Source: Victivallis vadensis
Lineage (GTDB): Bacteria; Verrucomicrobiota; Kiritimatiellia; UBA8416; CAMCYG01
DNA: 45,998 nucleotides
Assembly (NCBI GenBank): GCA_945883775.1
Contig: CAMCYG010000006.1
Span: 1-45,998, forward strand
Reading direction: 5' to 3'
Shown: in pieces, positions 1 to 9,761 of the stretch
Position numbering within the stretch: position 1 is the stretch's first letter
Layout of the letters: every line of letters begins with the position of its first letter
Program-made: the position numbers and the translations under genes
The notes under the pieces: generated by a model
Database searches by the model: none
What the model was told of the DNA's origin: nothing
The model's input: the letters and a program-made list of their open reading frames with translations, nothing else

Positions 1-1
1 C

Positions 2-40
2 CCCGAAGACGTCGCAAGGGTAGAGAAACTTCTCCGCTGA
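2..40 (+). CDS. Possible 3' end of a gene entering from the left edge
   Basis: Open frame PEDVARVEKLLR* from the window edge; too short to identify. Confidence 0.3.
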   Translation, partial: PEDVARVEKLLR

Positions 41-68
41 TTGCCATGGGAAAAGGGCTCGCAAATGC

Positions 69-494
69 TTAATTTCCGCTTTCTCGGTCTGACACTTCGA
101 GAGAATCAAATTCAAGCCTCCTCAGCGTGTGGCAGCCGGCATAAGCGGCCGCACCATGATCGGTAATATCACCATCTATAAACACGCCCTTCACAGGACC
201 AGCAGCCCCCATCTCCAGGTCCTTGAACGACCCCCGATTCGAGAAAGGTTTTTGCGCAACTGCCACCATGTTGCTGACAACACCTAGCACTTTCAGCTCA
301 ATCTGCTCAGGCGTAACTGGCGGATTCGCCTTCGGATTGCTCGCACCAAAGTGAATATCGGAAATAAGAAAAAACGTGAAATTTCCGGAGTCGCCTGCAA
401 CAGCAGCCCCTGCGCCCAGGCCACTGAGAAAAAGAAATGTAACAACCGCCACCGCAAGGCGGACACAAACTGAGTCTACGACACGATTTGTCAT
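69..494 (-). pseudogene. Secreted calcineurin-like metallophosphoesterase, C-terminally truncated
   Basis: Signal peptide, motif I (ISDIHFG) and motif II (DGDITDHG), then the frame ends about 27 aa later without the GNH[D/E] motif. Start taken at ATG 494 (MTNRVV). Confidence 0.65.
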
Positions 495-672
495 AAAAAC
501 ACTCACCCTCACACCTTCACGTTTTGCAACATTTCTCACTGCCCATATCTTGTGTCAAATGAGATCCTTCGAGTTCAATGACTTCGCTCATGATGACACA
601 ACAACACACCTTGAACAATATCATCCTGAGCGCAGCCCGTCAGCCGACGGGCGGAGGCGAAGGATCTCTCAG

Positions 673-2613
673 CTATTTCACCCAGACCGGCTTGGTCAAG
701 ACGGTTACCTCGCGTACAGGCTCCGTCCGCGCAGAGCCCCAGCGCGCGTCGTTTATCATTTCTTTTGTAACCATTCCGTAAAACACTCCCTTGGAGATCG
801 AGGGATAGAGCTCGATATCACCCAGGAGCCGCACTGTTCCCGACAAATCGACACCGCGAATCGCGTTCATCACTGTCGCAACATCGGCCCTCCCGTGGAT
901 TTTCGTCTTGTTATCCTCGATGAGCGTCAGCGCGCCGAGGCGGGCATCTTCATCAACAGTGCCGCCGGAAACTGCCGCTTCGTCCTCGACTCTGGCATTT
1001 CCAGCAACGGTCCCCTGCCCGGTCGCAATCGCGTGGCCACGCACCACTGCATTATCACGAACCTGGGCTTTTCTCGAAACCACAGCCTGCCCTTCAATCC
1101 TGGCTTTACCGAGAACCTGCGCCTGGTCCAACACCATGGCGCCGGGACCTACAAATGCCGAAGCATCGGCATGAGCCGAGGCATCCACCCAGCCGCCGCC
1201 GTTAGGATGGGGTGCACCTGTTCGCCCGACATGTGTCTCAAACGGTGACTGCTCACTTCCCCATGGAGTCCCGCCCTTGATTTTCACCATCCATGGATAC
1301 CGGTAAATCGTGTAATACATCTGGTCCCATTCAATCCGCTGGTACTCCGTCGGCGTTGCAGTCACAGCCAGCCAGACCTCCTTCTCGCCATCGCCCAACT
1401 TGACACTCACCTGTGAAACAGCACCCCTCTGAAGGGCGCTGTAACGCGGATGCCCCGCAGCATCAATCGCCACCAGTCCCCATCGCCAGTCCGAACATGG
1501 CTGCGGAACAACTTTCGGCTCTTTCTCAAACTTTTGGCCGAACCCCGCCACTCCCGGCTCTTTCTGCACCAACCCGCGAAAGCTGACCGTAATGGTACGT
1601 GAAGAGTTATCCGTATCAGGCATGATTCTCACCAGGTTATACCCGAACCGCTGGGGCGCACGATAATCAGGAATTACATATCTTCCGTTCTTCGAATCAA
1701 TCGGATCAAGAACTGCAACGCGGTTCCTGCGAATGCCCGCGCGGTTTGTGTAACTGCCGTAACTTTTCCGGTAAACATCGCCGTTCTTGTAATCCCAGGT
1801 CACATTGTGCATGGCCCATAGCCCGAACTGGTCGTTCAGTTCGCTGATCTTCCAGCCCTTGTTCCGTGCGAGAACGAGAACGGGATCTTCAATACCAAAA
1901 TCTGTCTCGCCCTGCCTTTTCGCCTTCGACCAGATGTCGTTGATAGCCGAGTAACCGAAAGTATCCTTGATGTATTCCCAGAACTGCCAGTTGCCGTAGC
2001 GGTCACGCGTCGAGCCGTAATAAAGGTGGGAAGCATTCAGGAGCTGTTCGGAACAGCCAACCTGATCCGGAAACATCTGGTGCGTCATCCACTCCGCATG
2101 GGATTCCCAGGACCAGCCGACGTATGGGGAATCACGCAGGCCCATCGACGAGAACTGCATGCAGTGCGCGAACTCGTGCGCCAGCGCATGTTCGTCCTTG
2201 AACGCATTGAAATGAAGCCACATCGCCGGGTCGTTCTTCCCAGTGCCGCTCCCGTTAGCCCAGCCCTTGTTGCTAAGATTGACATTGATCTTGTATTTAT
2301 CAGCCTGGTCTTTATACGGTTTCGGAAAGCCTACAGGACCAATATAAAACGCATGGATGCTTTCAAGAGTCTCCAGTCCTTTCTTCAGATCTGTGTCGCT
2401 CAACGTCACCCCGTCCTTATCATTCCAGCGCGCAACGAAATGGGCTGACTCGTGAAGATGGGTCGACTTGCCCGGCTCCAGAACCTTGTAAACTTCTTCA
2501 GCAGCGGCCCGGCACTGAACGCAAGAGATGACCAGCAGCACCGCCACACCCAGCGTCAACAGTTTGAGAGATGAAGGCCTCTTTACCTGCCGTTTCGATA
2601 TGTTATTGTTCAT
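673..2613 (-). CDS. Secreted HExxH zinc-metallopeptidase-like protein (DUF6055 / Svx-AvrXca-like) with C-terminal hexapeptide beta-helix
   Basis: 646 aa; signal peptide; LAHEFAH followed by WESHAEW; C-terminal HPNGGGWV plus hexapeptide repeats (AQVLGKARIEGQAVVSRKAQVRDNAVVRG). Confidence 0.8.
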   Translation of the reverse strand: MNNNISKRQVKRPSSLKLLTLGVAVLLVISCVQCRAAAEEVYKVLEPGKSTHLHESAHFVARWNDKDGVTLSDTDLKKGLETLESIHAFYIGPVGFPKPYKDQADKYKINVNLSNKGWANGSGTGKNDPAMWLHFNAFKDEHALAHEFAHCMQFSSMGLRDSPYVGWSWESHAEWMTHQMFPDQVGCSEQLLNASHLYYGSTRDRYGNWQFWEYIKDTFGYSAINDIWSKAKRQGETDFGIEDPVLVLARNKGWKISELNDQFGLWAMHNVTWDYKNGDVYRKSYGSYTNRAGIRRNRVAVLDPIDSKNGRYVIPDYRAPQRFGYNLVRIMPDTDNSSRTITVSFRGLVQKEPGVAGFGQKFEKEPKVVPQPCSDWRWGLVAIDAAGHPRYSALQRGAVSQVSVKLGDGEKEVWLAVTATPTEYQRIEWDQMYYTIYRYPWMVKIKGGTPWGSEQSPFETHVGRTGAPHPNGGGWVDASAHADASAFVGPGAMVLDQAQVLGKARIEGQAVVSRKAQVRDNAVVRGHAIATGQGTVAGNARVEDEAAVSGGTVDEDARLGALTLIEDNKTKIHGRADVATVMNAIRGVDLSGTVRLLGDIELYPSISKGVFYGMVTKEMINDARWGSARTEPVREVTVLTKPVWVK

Positions 2614-2712
2614 TGCCAGTCACTCTCTATTTAGCTTTCTGGTCAAGAATAGCAGGGTCCAACGAACTTATCCAGTCTAAGAACAGAACGCCATTTCTGA
2701 CGGGATAGCTCA

Positions 2713-3128
2713 TTACTTCGACGGCAGTTCAACGCTTGCAGGCTCCACTCCATCTGCCACTGCCTTAACCGTAATCGCTCCTGCCTCCCGCCTGCTGCGT
2801 ACAACAAGCAGCGCGCGCCCCTCGAACACACTGCGCTGATCGGCCTGGAACAACTCACTGCTCGCAGGGTCACCATTGTCAACACCCGCAGTTACACCTG
2901 GCCCCGAAACTGCAAATCTAACCATGTTGCTCGCAGACTGGACAATTACGCCCTTTTCATCAAGAACCTCTGCAGTGATGGCTGACAAGTCCTGGCCGTT
3001 TGCCTTCAGCACTGCATGGTCAGGCGTCAGACGCAGTATCTTCCGCGCACCCGCTCGCATGCAGCCGCATTGGCAGTCGCGCTCAGCAGGCTAAAGCAAA
3101 TAAGAACAATCAATTTTGAGAGCATCAT
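2713..3128 (-). pseudogene. Glycoside hydrolase family 2 remnant (signal peptide joined out of frame to the C-terminal Ig-like domain)
   Basis: AGGAG RBS then ATG 3128 gives MMLSKLIVLICFSLLSATANAAACERVR. A different frame (3060-2713) gives the GH2 C-terminal signature LKANGQDLSAITAEVLDEKG...GVDNGDP...FEGRALLVVRS. The catalytic region is missing. Confidence 0.75.
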
Positions 3129-3266
3129 CGGTTAACTCCTTTTTCTCATTGTGTTAAACATCTTTCAGCTCCCATCCCTTGCGAAAATATGGCTTGATGA
3201 ACTCGTTTGCTTTCTCGTTGTTTGTATACCTAAGATTGCTGGCATCCCAGATCAACTTTTCGTTCG

Positions 3267-3913
3267 GCACTTGAGAAGATAGTGGCTGCCGCAAAGAGCC
3301 AGGACGTGGTAAACAAGGCGAATGAGATCCTCAAGACGGTTCCGGCAAAGAAAGTGATGACTCCGATTCTTGACGGAAAAACGCTGAGCGGCTGGGAAGG
3401 CAGCACAGCGTGTGGCGCGTGGCAGACGGAGCTGTAATTGGAGGATCATTGAACGGGAACAAGCAGAACGAGTTTCTTGTAACAAAACGGAGTTACACAA
3501 ATTTTCACCTGAGCATGGAATACAAGCTGGTAGGTAAGGATGGCTTTGTTAATGGAGGTGTCCAGTTCAGGAGCGAGAGGATCGCGAATCCACCTAACGA
3601 GATGAAGGGGTATCAGGCTGATATCGGTGCGGGACATTCCGGCTGTCTTTATGATGAATCAAGACGCAATAAATTTGACGCCCGCGGGACTGACGAGCAA
3701 ATAAAGCGGATTGAGAAAGCAGGGGATTGGAACAGGTACGAGATAATAGGCGCTGGCCCGCATATTCAGATAATACTCAACGGTGAAAAGACAGTGGACT
3801 ATACTGAGGCTGATAGTGCCATTCCTCAGGAAGGTTTTATCGGGCTTCAGATACATGGCGGTAATAAGGCTGAGATATCCTTTCGCAATATCTCAATTGG
3901 CGAGACCAAATAG
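3267..3913 (+). pseudogene. DUF1080 (3-keto-disaccharide hydrolase-like) fragment, 5'-truncated and frameshifted
   Basis: Frame from 3267 reads ALEKIVAAAK...MTPILDGKTLSGWEGST, then shifts near 3405 into VWRVADG...NGGVQFRS...GYQADIG...WNRYEI...GFIGLQIH...FRNI. Confidence 0.75.
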
Positions 3914-3930
3914 AAGATCTGCTGTTTGCG

Positions 3931-4797
3931 CTATTTTGCCTTGTTGTCTATCAGCTTCAATATGAACGATGACGGAACGCAGCTTTTTATGACCATTTGG
4001 AGGTTGTCATGCTTCCCCTCGTCCTCGTTGTAATATATCGACCGTGTGGATGAGACCATTCCGACGACGCTGCCGTTCATGCTGAGGATCGGTGCTCCGC
4101 TTGAGCCTTTGGCATAATCGGCGGTTATTGACATCCAGCTGCCTCTGCCTCTTTTGCATTTCTTGCCGCCGCAGTCACAGATGTATGAATAATATCTCGA
4201 GATATTGCCCTGTGTCATCACATAGAACATGTTGTCAGGATTGCTTATCACCACAACAGGACTGCCTACCGGCTCGTCAGGCGTGATGGCAAAGGGCTCG
4301 AAAGAAGCATTGGCGACTTTTGCGATGACTATGTCATCGTCTTTGTCAATGGCCAACACCTTGGTAATGGGGAATACGTGTCCTTCGCTGTCAGAAACAG
4401 CCTGATACTCCTCGTTGGTGCTGTTGATGGCGTGGGCATTAAAGACAATGACATCTTTTGCTATGGCGTAAGTAGTCGAACAGCTGACGTGCAGTTTGCT
4501 GCATTTGCCACATTTAAAGCTGTTGCAGTGCACAAGAACTTTCTTGTTGAGACTGTCGTACATGGTTGACTGGTCCATCTTTGTGCTTGCCGGCTTGCTG
4601 AGCTCAACCTGAGCTTTTCCACCCTTGTAGGCAGCGAGCAGGTCTTTTGATGCCTTCAGTTTGCCGTCATCCTTCAGCTTTGTGACGTTTTCTGTCAATG
4701 ACTTGAGGAATTTGGCGTCATCGATATATTTCGTTTCAGCATTTGTGATGGACGCAACAGACAGATAGCCGGCCAGAATCAGAACAGACAATCTCAT
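3931..4797 (-). CDS. Secreted trypsin-like serine protease
   Basis: GGAG RBS before ATG 4797; signal peptide; FNAHA (His), DDIVI (Asp), GSSGAP (Ser). Confidence 0.85.
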   Translation of the reverse strand: MRLSVLILAGYLSVASITNAETKYIDDAKFLKSLTENVTKLKDDGKLKASKDLLAAYKGGKAQVELSKPASTKMDQSTMYDSLNKKVLVHCNSFKCGKCSKLHVSCSTTYAIAKDVIVFNAHAINSTNEEYQAVSDSEGHVFPITKVLAIDKDDDIVIAKVANASFEPFAITPDEPVGSPVVVISNPDNMFYVMTQGNISRYYSYICDCGGKKCKRGRGSWMSITADYAKGSSGAPILSMNGSVVGMVSSTRSIYYNEDEGKHDNLQMVIKSCVPSSFILKLIDNKAK

Positions 4798-4915
4798 GGC
4801 GCACTCCTTTGAATATTTATACACAATATGAAACGTGCAAACTTTGCAGACATAGGCACGCAAAGTCAAGTGAATGCACCGCGACAGTGAATGCGTGTGG
4901 GGTGTGATTCATTGA

Positions 4916-5095
4916 CGGATCCCTTCAGCCAAGTGGCTGGAACTGATAAAAAAGGTCTGGGAAGACGAAGTCCCTGAGCCTGTCGAAGTGGCCGATCCGC
5001 TGACATGTCCGAAATGCCAGAAGGAAATGCGGATTGTCTCTCTCATAGACCAGCAATCCGTGATTTAGCGTATCTTGCGGCATCTGGGACTGTGG
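4916..5095 (+). pseudogene. IS91-family transposase C-terminal remnant
   Basis: RIPSAKWLELIKKVWE[27-bp insert]ADPLTCPKCQKEMRIVSLIDQQSVI*RILRHLGLW matches the W..LI..V.E.DPL.CP.C...MRI...IL.HLGL tail of IS91-type transposases; stop at 5066. Confidence 0.8.
4964..4990. mobile_element. 27-bp mini-insertion (core GTCCCTGAGCCTGTCGAAG)
   Basis: Interrupts WE|ADPL of the IS91 remnant; the 19-bp core 4970-4988 is identical to 11538-11556. Confidence 0.75.
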
Positions 5096-5157
5096 TTTAC
5101 CCTCGAAGCTTTAGCGAAGTAGGATGGCATACGCGAACGAGTGATCCGCGGCTGATT

Positions 5158-5249
5158 ATTGTCGATTGTAGACTGATGATTGTCAATTGGGAGCAGCGGC
5201 AGTATCGGATTCTGCAATCGACAATCATAAATCGGCATTCGTCAATTAT
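5158..5249. repeat. Inverted arrays of 7-bp tandem repeats (ATTGNNG / CNNCAAT), no gene between
   Basis: attgtcg attgtag actgatg attgtca ... caatcga caatcat aaatcgg cattcgt caattat. Confidence 0.8.
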
Positions 5250-5353
5250 TCGGATTGCTATGAAACAGGTGATTTGCAATCCTTTCAGGCGTGGAAAGGC
5301 TTGATTGTGTAAAAAATGGACCCAACTGTGAAAAGCAATTTCTTATCAATATC

Positions 5354-5566
5354 ACGCCATCCGAGTTCAGCACAACGCATTACGAGGGGGCGACGAATAT
5401 CCCCGTTCAGGAGCTGTAAGGCCGGTTGGCCCAGCTGGGCGACAAGAAGCGGGCCATTGTGGTCTATTGCGCCTCTGACATGCGGAGCGCCCAGGCGGCC
5501 AGGATTCTGACTGGCGCGGGTTTTGCGGATGTCACGGACGCCGGCGGGCTGGGGAATCTCAAGTAG
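5354..5566 (+). pseudogene. Rhodanese-like domain remnant
   Basis: TPSEFSTTHYEGATNIPVQEL*GRLAQLGDKKRAIVVYCASDMRSAQAARILTGAGFADVTDAGGL; internal TAA at 5417; no intact 5' end. Confidence 0.8.
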
Positions 5567-5597
5567 GGGATGGTCAAGGGAATATCGATTGTTCAGC

Positions 5598-7277
5598 ATG
5601 ACGACAAAAATAAAACGGTCACTACGCGGATCCATTCCGGCATGGCTCGTGCTTATCGCCATGGCGGGCTGCACGTCCAGTCATTACCGGGAGTCCGCCG
5701 ACAAGGCGGCCTATGGCGTGCTGCGGGAAAAAACCCCACTGGTGAAGAACATGGATGGGGCTTTCAGCATCGAGCAAACCAACTCCCTCCATCTGGACAA
5801 TCTGCCGGGCTTCACCAATTCGGTCGATTTCTTTGGCCCGGATGGCGTGACGGAACACGGAGCGCGTATCCTGAGGCTGGAAGACGCATTGGGGATTGCC
5901 ATTCGTCATAGCCGCAGCTATCAATCGCGCAAGGAACAGCTCTACCTTTCAGCCCTGGCGCTTACACTTGCCCGCCATGATTTCACCCCGATTTTTTCCG
6001 CAGGCGCCAAGGGGGCGTATTCCGAGAAAGCCGCCGAAAACCCGGCCTTGAGCGATAATTTTGTCGAGGAACGGGGGGTCACCTCCAGCGGCTCCGTGGG
6101 AGCCGACTGGCTGGTTCGAGACCTGGGCCGGATCACGACGGCGTTCACGACGGATTTTCTCCGCTTCGTGAGCGGCGATCCGCGACTGGCGACTTCGTCC
6201 AAACTGAGCGCCACATTTGTCCGCCCGCTGCTGCGCAACGCAGGCTTCAAGCAGGACATGGAAAGTCTCATGCAGGCTGAACGCGATTTGCTCTATGACC
6301 TGCGCGACTTCACCCAGTTCCGCAAGGATTTCAGCGTGAAGATCGCCGCGGCCTATTATGATGTGCTGAGCAATCGCGATACCGTGCGCAACAGTTACCT
6401 GAACCTGCAGTCCTCCCGAAAGAATGCCGACCGGACCCGGGCCCTGGCCCGGGAAGGCCGGGTGGCGGGCACGGATCTGGGACGGCAGGAACAGCAGGAG
6501 TTGTCCGCCGAAAGCACGTGGATCAATGCGATCCGCAGCTACCGGCAGTCGCTCGATAATTTCAAAATACTGCTCGGCCTCAAGGTGGACACCAACCTCG
6601 TGCTGGATGACCGCGAATTGGCCACCTTGCAGATTCACCACCCGGAGATCAGCGTGGATGATTCTACGCAGCTGGCTCTGGCCACGCGGCTGGACTTCAT
6701 GAGTGTCAAGGACCGGGTCGAGGACACGGAACGCAAGGTGCTGCTGGCGCAGGATGGCCTCAGGGCGGATGTGTCCCTTTCCGCTGACGCGAGTATCGTC
6801 AGCGGCACCAGGGAGAATTTTTCACTGCCCGACGGCAGGCGTTATTCGTGGAGTGCCGGGTTGGATATTGATCCCGCGCTGGACCGGACCGCCGCGCGCA
6901 ATTCCTACCGTGCCGCCCTGATTACCAGGAACAAGGCGGCTCGCACGCTTGAAGAGCAGGAAGATCAGATCAGGCTCGACGTCAGGGATAGCTGGCGGAC
7001 ACTTGACCAGGCCAAGCGCAGTTTTGAAATCAGCGAAATTGGCGTGCGGCTGGCCGAGCGACGCGTCGAGGAACAAGCACTTCTGGCGGAATGGGGCCGG
7101 TCCAAGGCGCAGGATCAGGTGGATGCGCAGAACGCCCTGATTGATTCGAAAAACCAGCGGACAAAGGCCCTCGTGACGCATACAATCGCACGACTGCAAT
7201 TCTGGAACAACATGGGAATACTTTACATCAAGGACAACGGGCGGTGGGAGGATTTGCAGGATGCCAAAACCAAATAG
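5598..7277 (+). CDS. TolC-family outer membrane efflux protein (probable lipoprotein)
   Basis: Lipobox-like AMAGC; LRLEDALGIAIRHS and helical OEP-type repeats; first gene of the adaptor/ABC operon. Start taken at ATG 5598. Confidence 0.85.
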   Translation: MTTKIKRSLRGSIPAWLVLIAMAGCTSSHYRESADKAAYGVLREKTPLVKNMDGAFSIEQTNSLHLDNLPGFTNSVDFFGPDGVTEHGARILRLEDALGIAIRHSRSYQSRKEQLYLSALALTLARHDFTPIFSAGAKGAYSEKAAENPALSDNFVEERGVTSSGSVGADWLVRDLGRITTAFTTDFLRFVSGDPRLATSSKLSATFVRPLLRNAGFKQDMESLMQAERDLLYDLRDFTQFRKDFSVKIAAAYYDVLSNRDTVRNSYLNLQSSRKNADRTRALAREGRVAGTDLGRQEQQELSAESTWINAIRSYRQSLDNFKILLGLKVDTNLVLDDRELATLQIHHPEISVDDSTQLALATRLDFMSVKDRVEDTERKVLLAQDGLRADVSLSADASIVSGTRENFSLPDGRRYSWSAGLDIDPALDRTAARNSYRAALITRNKAARTLEEQEDQIRLDVRDSWRTLDQAKRSFEISEIGVRLAERRVEEQALLAEWGRSKAQDQVDAQNALIDSKNQRTKALVTHTIARLQFWNNMGILYIKDNGRWEDLQDAKTK

Positions 7278-9054
7278 GATATTGATTTTCATGCAGCGCC
7301 AGCCACGCCGGCGAAAAATGGCCGCAACCCTTGCCGTGCTCGTGGTGGCCGGCTGGTGGGGGTGGCCTAGACACGACGGGGCGGCGCTGAAGGAGCTCAC
7401 CTTCGCAGCGAGGCGCGGAACGCTGGAGATCAATGTGCTCGAAGGCGGAAGCCTGAAGGCAATTGAATCGCAGGAAATCAAGTGCGAAGTCCGCGTGGGC
7501 CATCAGGGTACGAAGATCCTGAAGATCGTCGAGGAAGGGTATCTCGTCACTGAAGAGGATGTGAAGAAAGGGAAGGTTCTGGTCGAACTGGATTCGTCGG
7601 AATTGCAGAAGCAGATCGCCCAGCAGGAAATCCAGTATCAGCAGGCGGCCGCCAACCTGACCGATGCCCAGCAGAATTATGAAATACAGGCGAATCAGAA
7701 CCAGAGCGACATCAAGGCCGCTGAGCAGAAGGCCCGCTTTGCGCGGATGGATTTCGATAAATTCCTGGGCGATACCGTTACCGCCCGGATTATCAAGGAA
7801 TATGGGCTCGACAAGATCCTGACAGAAGCCGGCACCAACAGCCCCGGGGTAATCGCAGCCCTGGCGGAGGGCAGTCAGTCCAATCAGGTGCTGGCCCCCC
7901 CGGTGGTCATTGATTTTAACAAATATGCCAACATCGAGGAATTGGGGGACGGTGAAGCCAAACAGAAACTGCGCAAGTTTGAGGATGATTTGCAGGCGGC
8001 CCAGAAGGAACTTGGTCAGGCCAAAGCCACGCTCGACGGGACGCGGCGGCTTTTTGAAAAGCAGTTTGTCGCGAGGACAGAGCTGGTGCGGGACCAATTG
8101 GCCCAGGATAGCGCCGAATTGAAGGTGAAGACGGCTCAAACCGCGAGTGCGTTGTTCCTGAAATACGATTTCTCAAAAACCGCCGAACAGTCTCTTTCCG
8201 CCTACACGGATGCCGTGCGTGAGCTGGACAGGGCCCGGCGTGTGGCCATCTCGAAAATGGCCCAGGCCTGCGCCAAGCTGAAGTCCGCCCAGGGACAATA
8301 TGACGTGCAGGTGCAGCAGCGCAATGACGTTATGGAGCAACTCGGGAAATGCACAATGGTTGCGAAAAAAACCGGACTCGTTGTGTATGGCGGGGGCGGG
8401 AGTGAAAATTATTATGGAAATCAGGATCCCATCCGGGAAGGCGCCACCGTCCGCGAGCGACAGGCCATCATCACCATACCGGACCTGACGCACATGTCGG
8501 TGAATGTCAAGATCCATGAGAGCTACATCAACAAGATCAAGGTCGGCCAGAAGGCCCGCATTACCGTGGATGCGTTTCCCGACGTCACCCTCACCGGGGA
8601 AGTGTCCAAGATGGCTGTTTTACCGGATTCTCAAAACCGGTGGATAAACCCCGACATGATGGTTTACCTTACGACGGTCACCATCAACAACTCCTGCGAT
8701 TGGGTCAAACCCGGCATGAGCGCCAAAGTCGAGATTCTCGTCAACAAGCTGGACAATGTGGTCTACATACCGGTGCAGGCGGTATCGCCGGACGACGGGA
8801 AGCGGGTGTGCTATGTGACAGGAGCCTTTAAGCCCGAGCGGCGCGAGATTGTGGCCGGTGACTTCAACGACGAATTCATCGAAATTAAAAAGGGACTCAA
8901 GGAAGGGGAGCGCGTTCTGCTCCGGCTGCCGGATGGCATTGAAGCGGGCAGTCCGGAAAACGGCACCCACACGGTGGAACCGGAACCGGCCAATGCGAAA
9001 AAGCCGGCAACCCCCGCCAAAACCAAGGCTGCCGCACCTGCGGGGAAAGCGTGA
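7261..9054 (+). CDS. Periplasmic adaptor (MacA/HlyD-like membrane fusion protein)
   Basis: N-terminal TM; lipoyl half-motifs (IVEEGYLV...KKGKVLVELD); long coiled coil; KVGQKARITVDAFP, KPGMSAKVEI, GLKEGERV. Confidence 0.88.
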   Translation: MPKPNRILIFMQRQPRRRKMAATLAVLVVAGWWGWPRHDGAALKELTFAARRGTLEINVLEGGSLKAIESQEIKCEVRVGHQGTKILKIVEEGYLVTEEDVKKGKVLVELDSSELQKQIAQQEIQYQQAAANLTDAQQNYEIQANQNQSDIKAAEQKARFARMDFDKFLGDTVTARIIKEYGLDKILTEAGTNSPGVIAALAEGSQSNQVLAPPVVIDFNKYANIEELGDGEAKQKLRKFEDDLQAAQKELGQAKATLDGTRRLFEKQFVARTELVRDQLAQDSAELKVKTAQTASALFLKYDFSKTAEQSLSAYTDAVRELDRARRVAISKMAQACAKLKSAQGQYDVQVQQRNDVMEQLGKCTMVAKKTGLVVYGGGGSENYYGNQDPIREGATVRERQAIITIPDLTHMSVNVKIHESYINKIKVGQKARITVDAFPDVTLTGEVSKMAVLPDSQNRWINPDMMVYLTTVTINNSCDWVKPGMSAKVEILVNKLDNVVYIPVQAVSPDDGKRVCYVTGAFKPERREIVAGDFNDEFIEIKKGLKEGERVLLRLPDGIEAGSPENGTHTVEPEPANAKKPATPAKTKAAAPAGKA

Positions 9055-9761
9055 TGACCGCCGTGTCGCCCCCCATGACACTACCTATTGTCCAGATCCA
9101 GAACGTCCACAAGACCTTTCACATGGGGCCAGTCAAGGTTGAGGCGTTGCGTGGCGTGTCATTTGAAATTGCCGCAGGAGAATACATCAGCGTCATGGGG
9201 CCATCCGGCTGCGGAAAATCCACGCTTCTCAACCTGCTCGGCTGCCTGGACCGGCCTACCGCCGGGCATTATCTGCTTGGCGGCCAGGATGTTTCAGGCA
9301 TGGATGACGACAGCCTGTCAGCCATCCGAGGCTCTCGACTGGGATTCATTTTCCAGTCCTACAACCTCATTCAGCAACTTACGGTGTTGGAGAACATTGA
9401 AGTCCCGCTCTACTACCAGGATCGACCCGAGTCGGAGTGCCGCGAGCTTGCCCGTAAATTGGCGGCTCGCGTCGGGCTGTCGCACCGGCTGGGTCACAAA
9501 CCCTTTGAATTGTCCGGGGGGCAGCAGCAACGCGTTGCCATCGCCCGTGCACTTGTGAATGATCCGCTGGTCATTCTTGCCGATGAACCCACCGGCAACC
9601 TCGACTCCTCCTCGGGCGTGGAGATTATGGAGGTTTTTGATGAGCTCAACGCCCAAGGAAAAACCCTGATACTGGTCACACATGATGCGGTCGTGGGAAA
9701 GCGCGCCCGCCGCACCCTCCATCTTCGAGACGGGGAGATTGAAAACGATGTCCGCCACTAG
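9051..9761 (+). CDS. ABC transporter ATP-binding protein (MacB/LolD type)
   Basis: [39 protein letters not shown]. Confidence 0.95.
   Translation: MMTAVSPPMTLPIVQIQNVHKTFHMGPVKVEALRGVSFEIAAGEYISVMGPSGCGKSTLLNLLGCLDRPTAGHYLLGGQDVSGMDDDSLSAIRGSRLGFIFQSYNLIQQLTVLENIEVPLYYQDRPESECRELARKLAARVGLSHRLGHKPFELSGGQQQRVAIARALVNDPLVILADEPTGNLDSSSGVEIMEVFDELNAQGKTLILVTHDAVVGKRARRTLHLRDGEIENDVRH

Noticed and set aside
376-1248. 290-aa plus-strand ORF and other long antisense ORFs (e.g. 5949-6641, 7228-8139, 29225-30088, 44843-45487)
   Set aside because: They lie opposite well-supported genes and show no recognisable motifs; shadow ORFs.
5285-5674. 129-aa minus-strand ORF
   Set aside because: It is the antisense of the rhodanese remnant and the TolC start.
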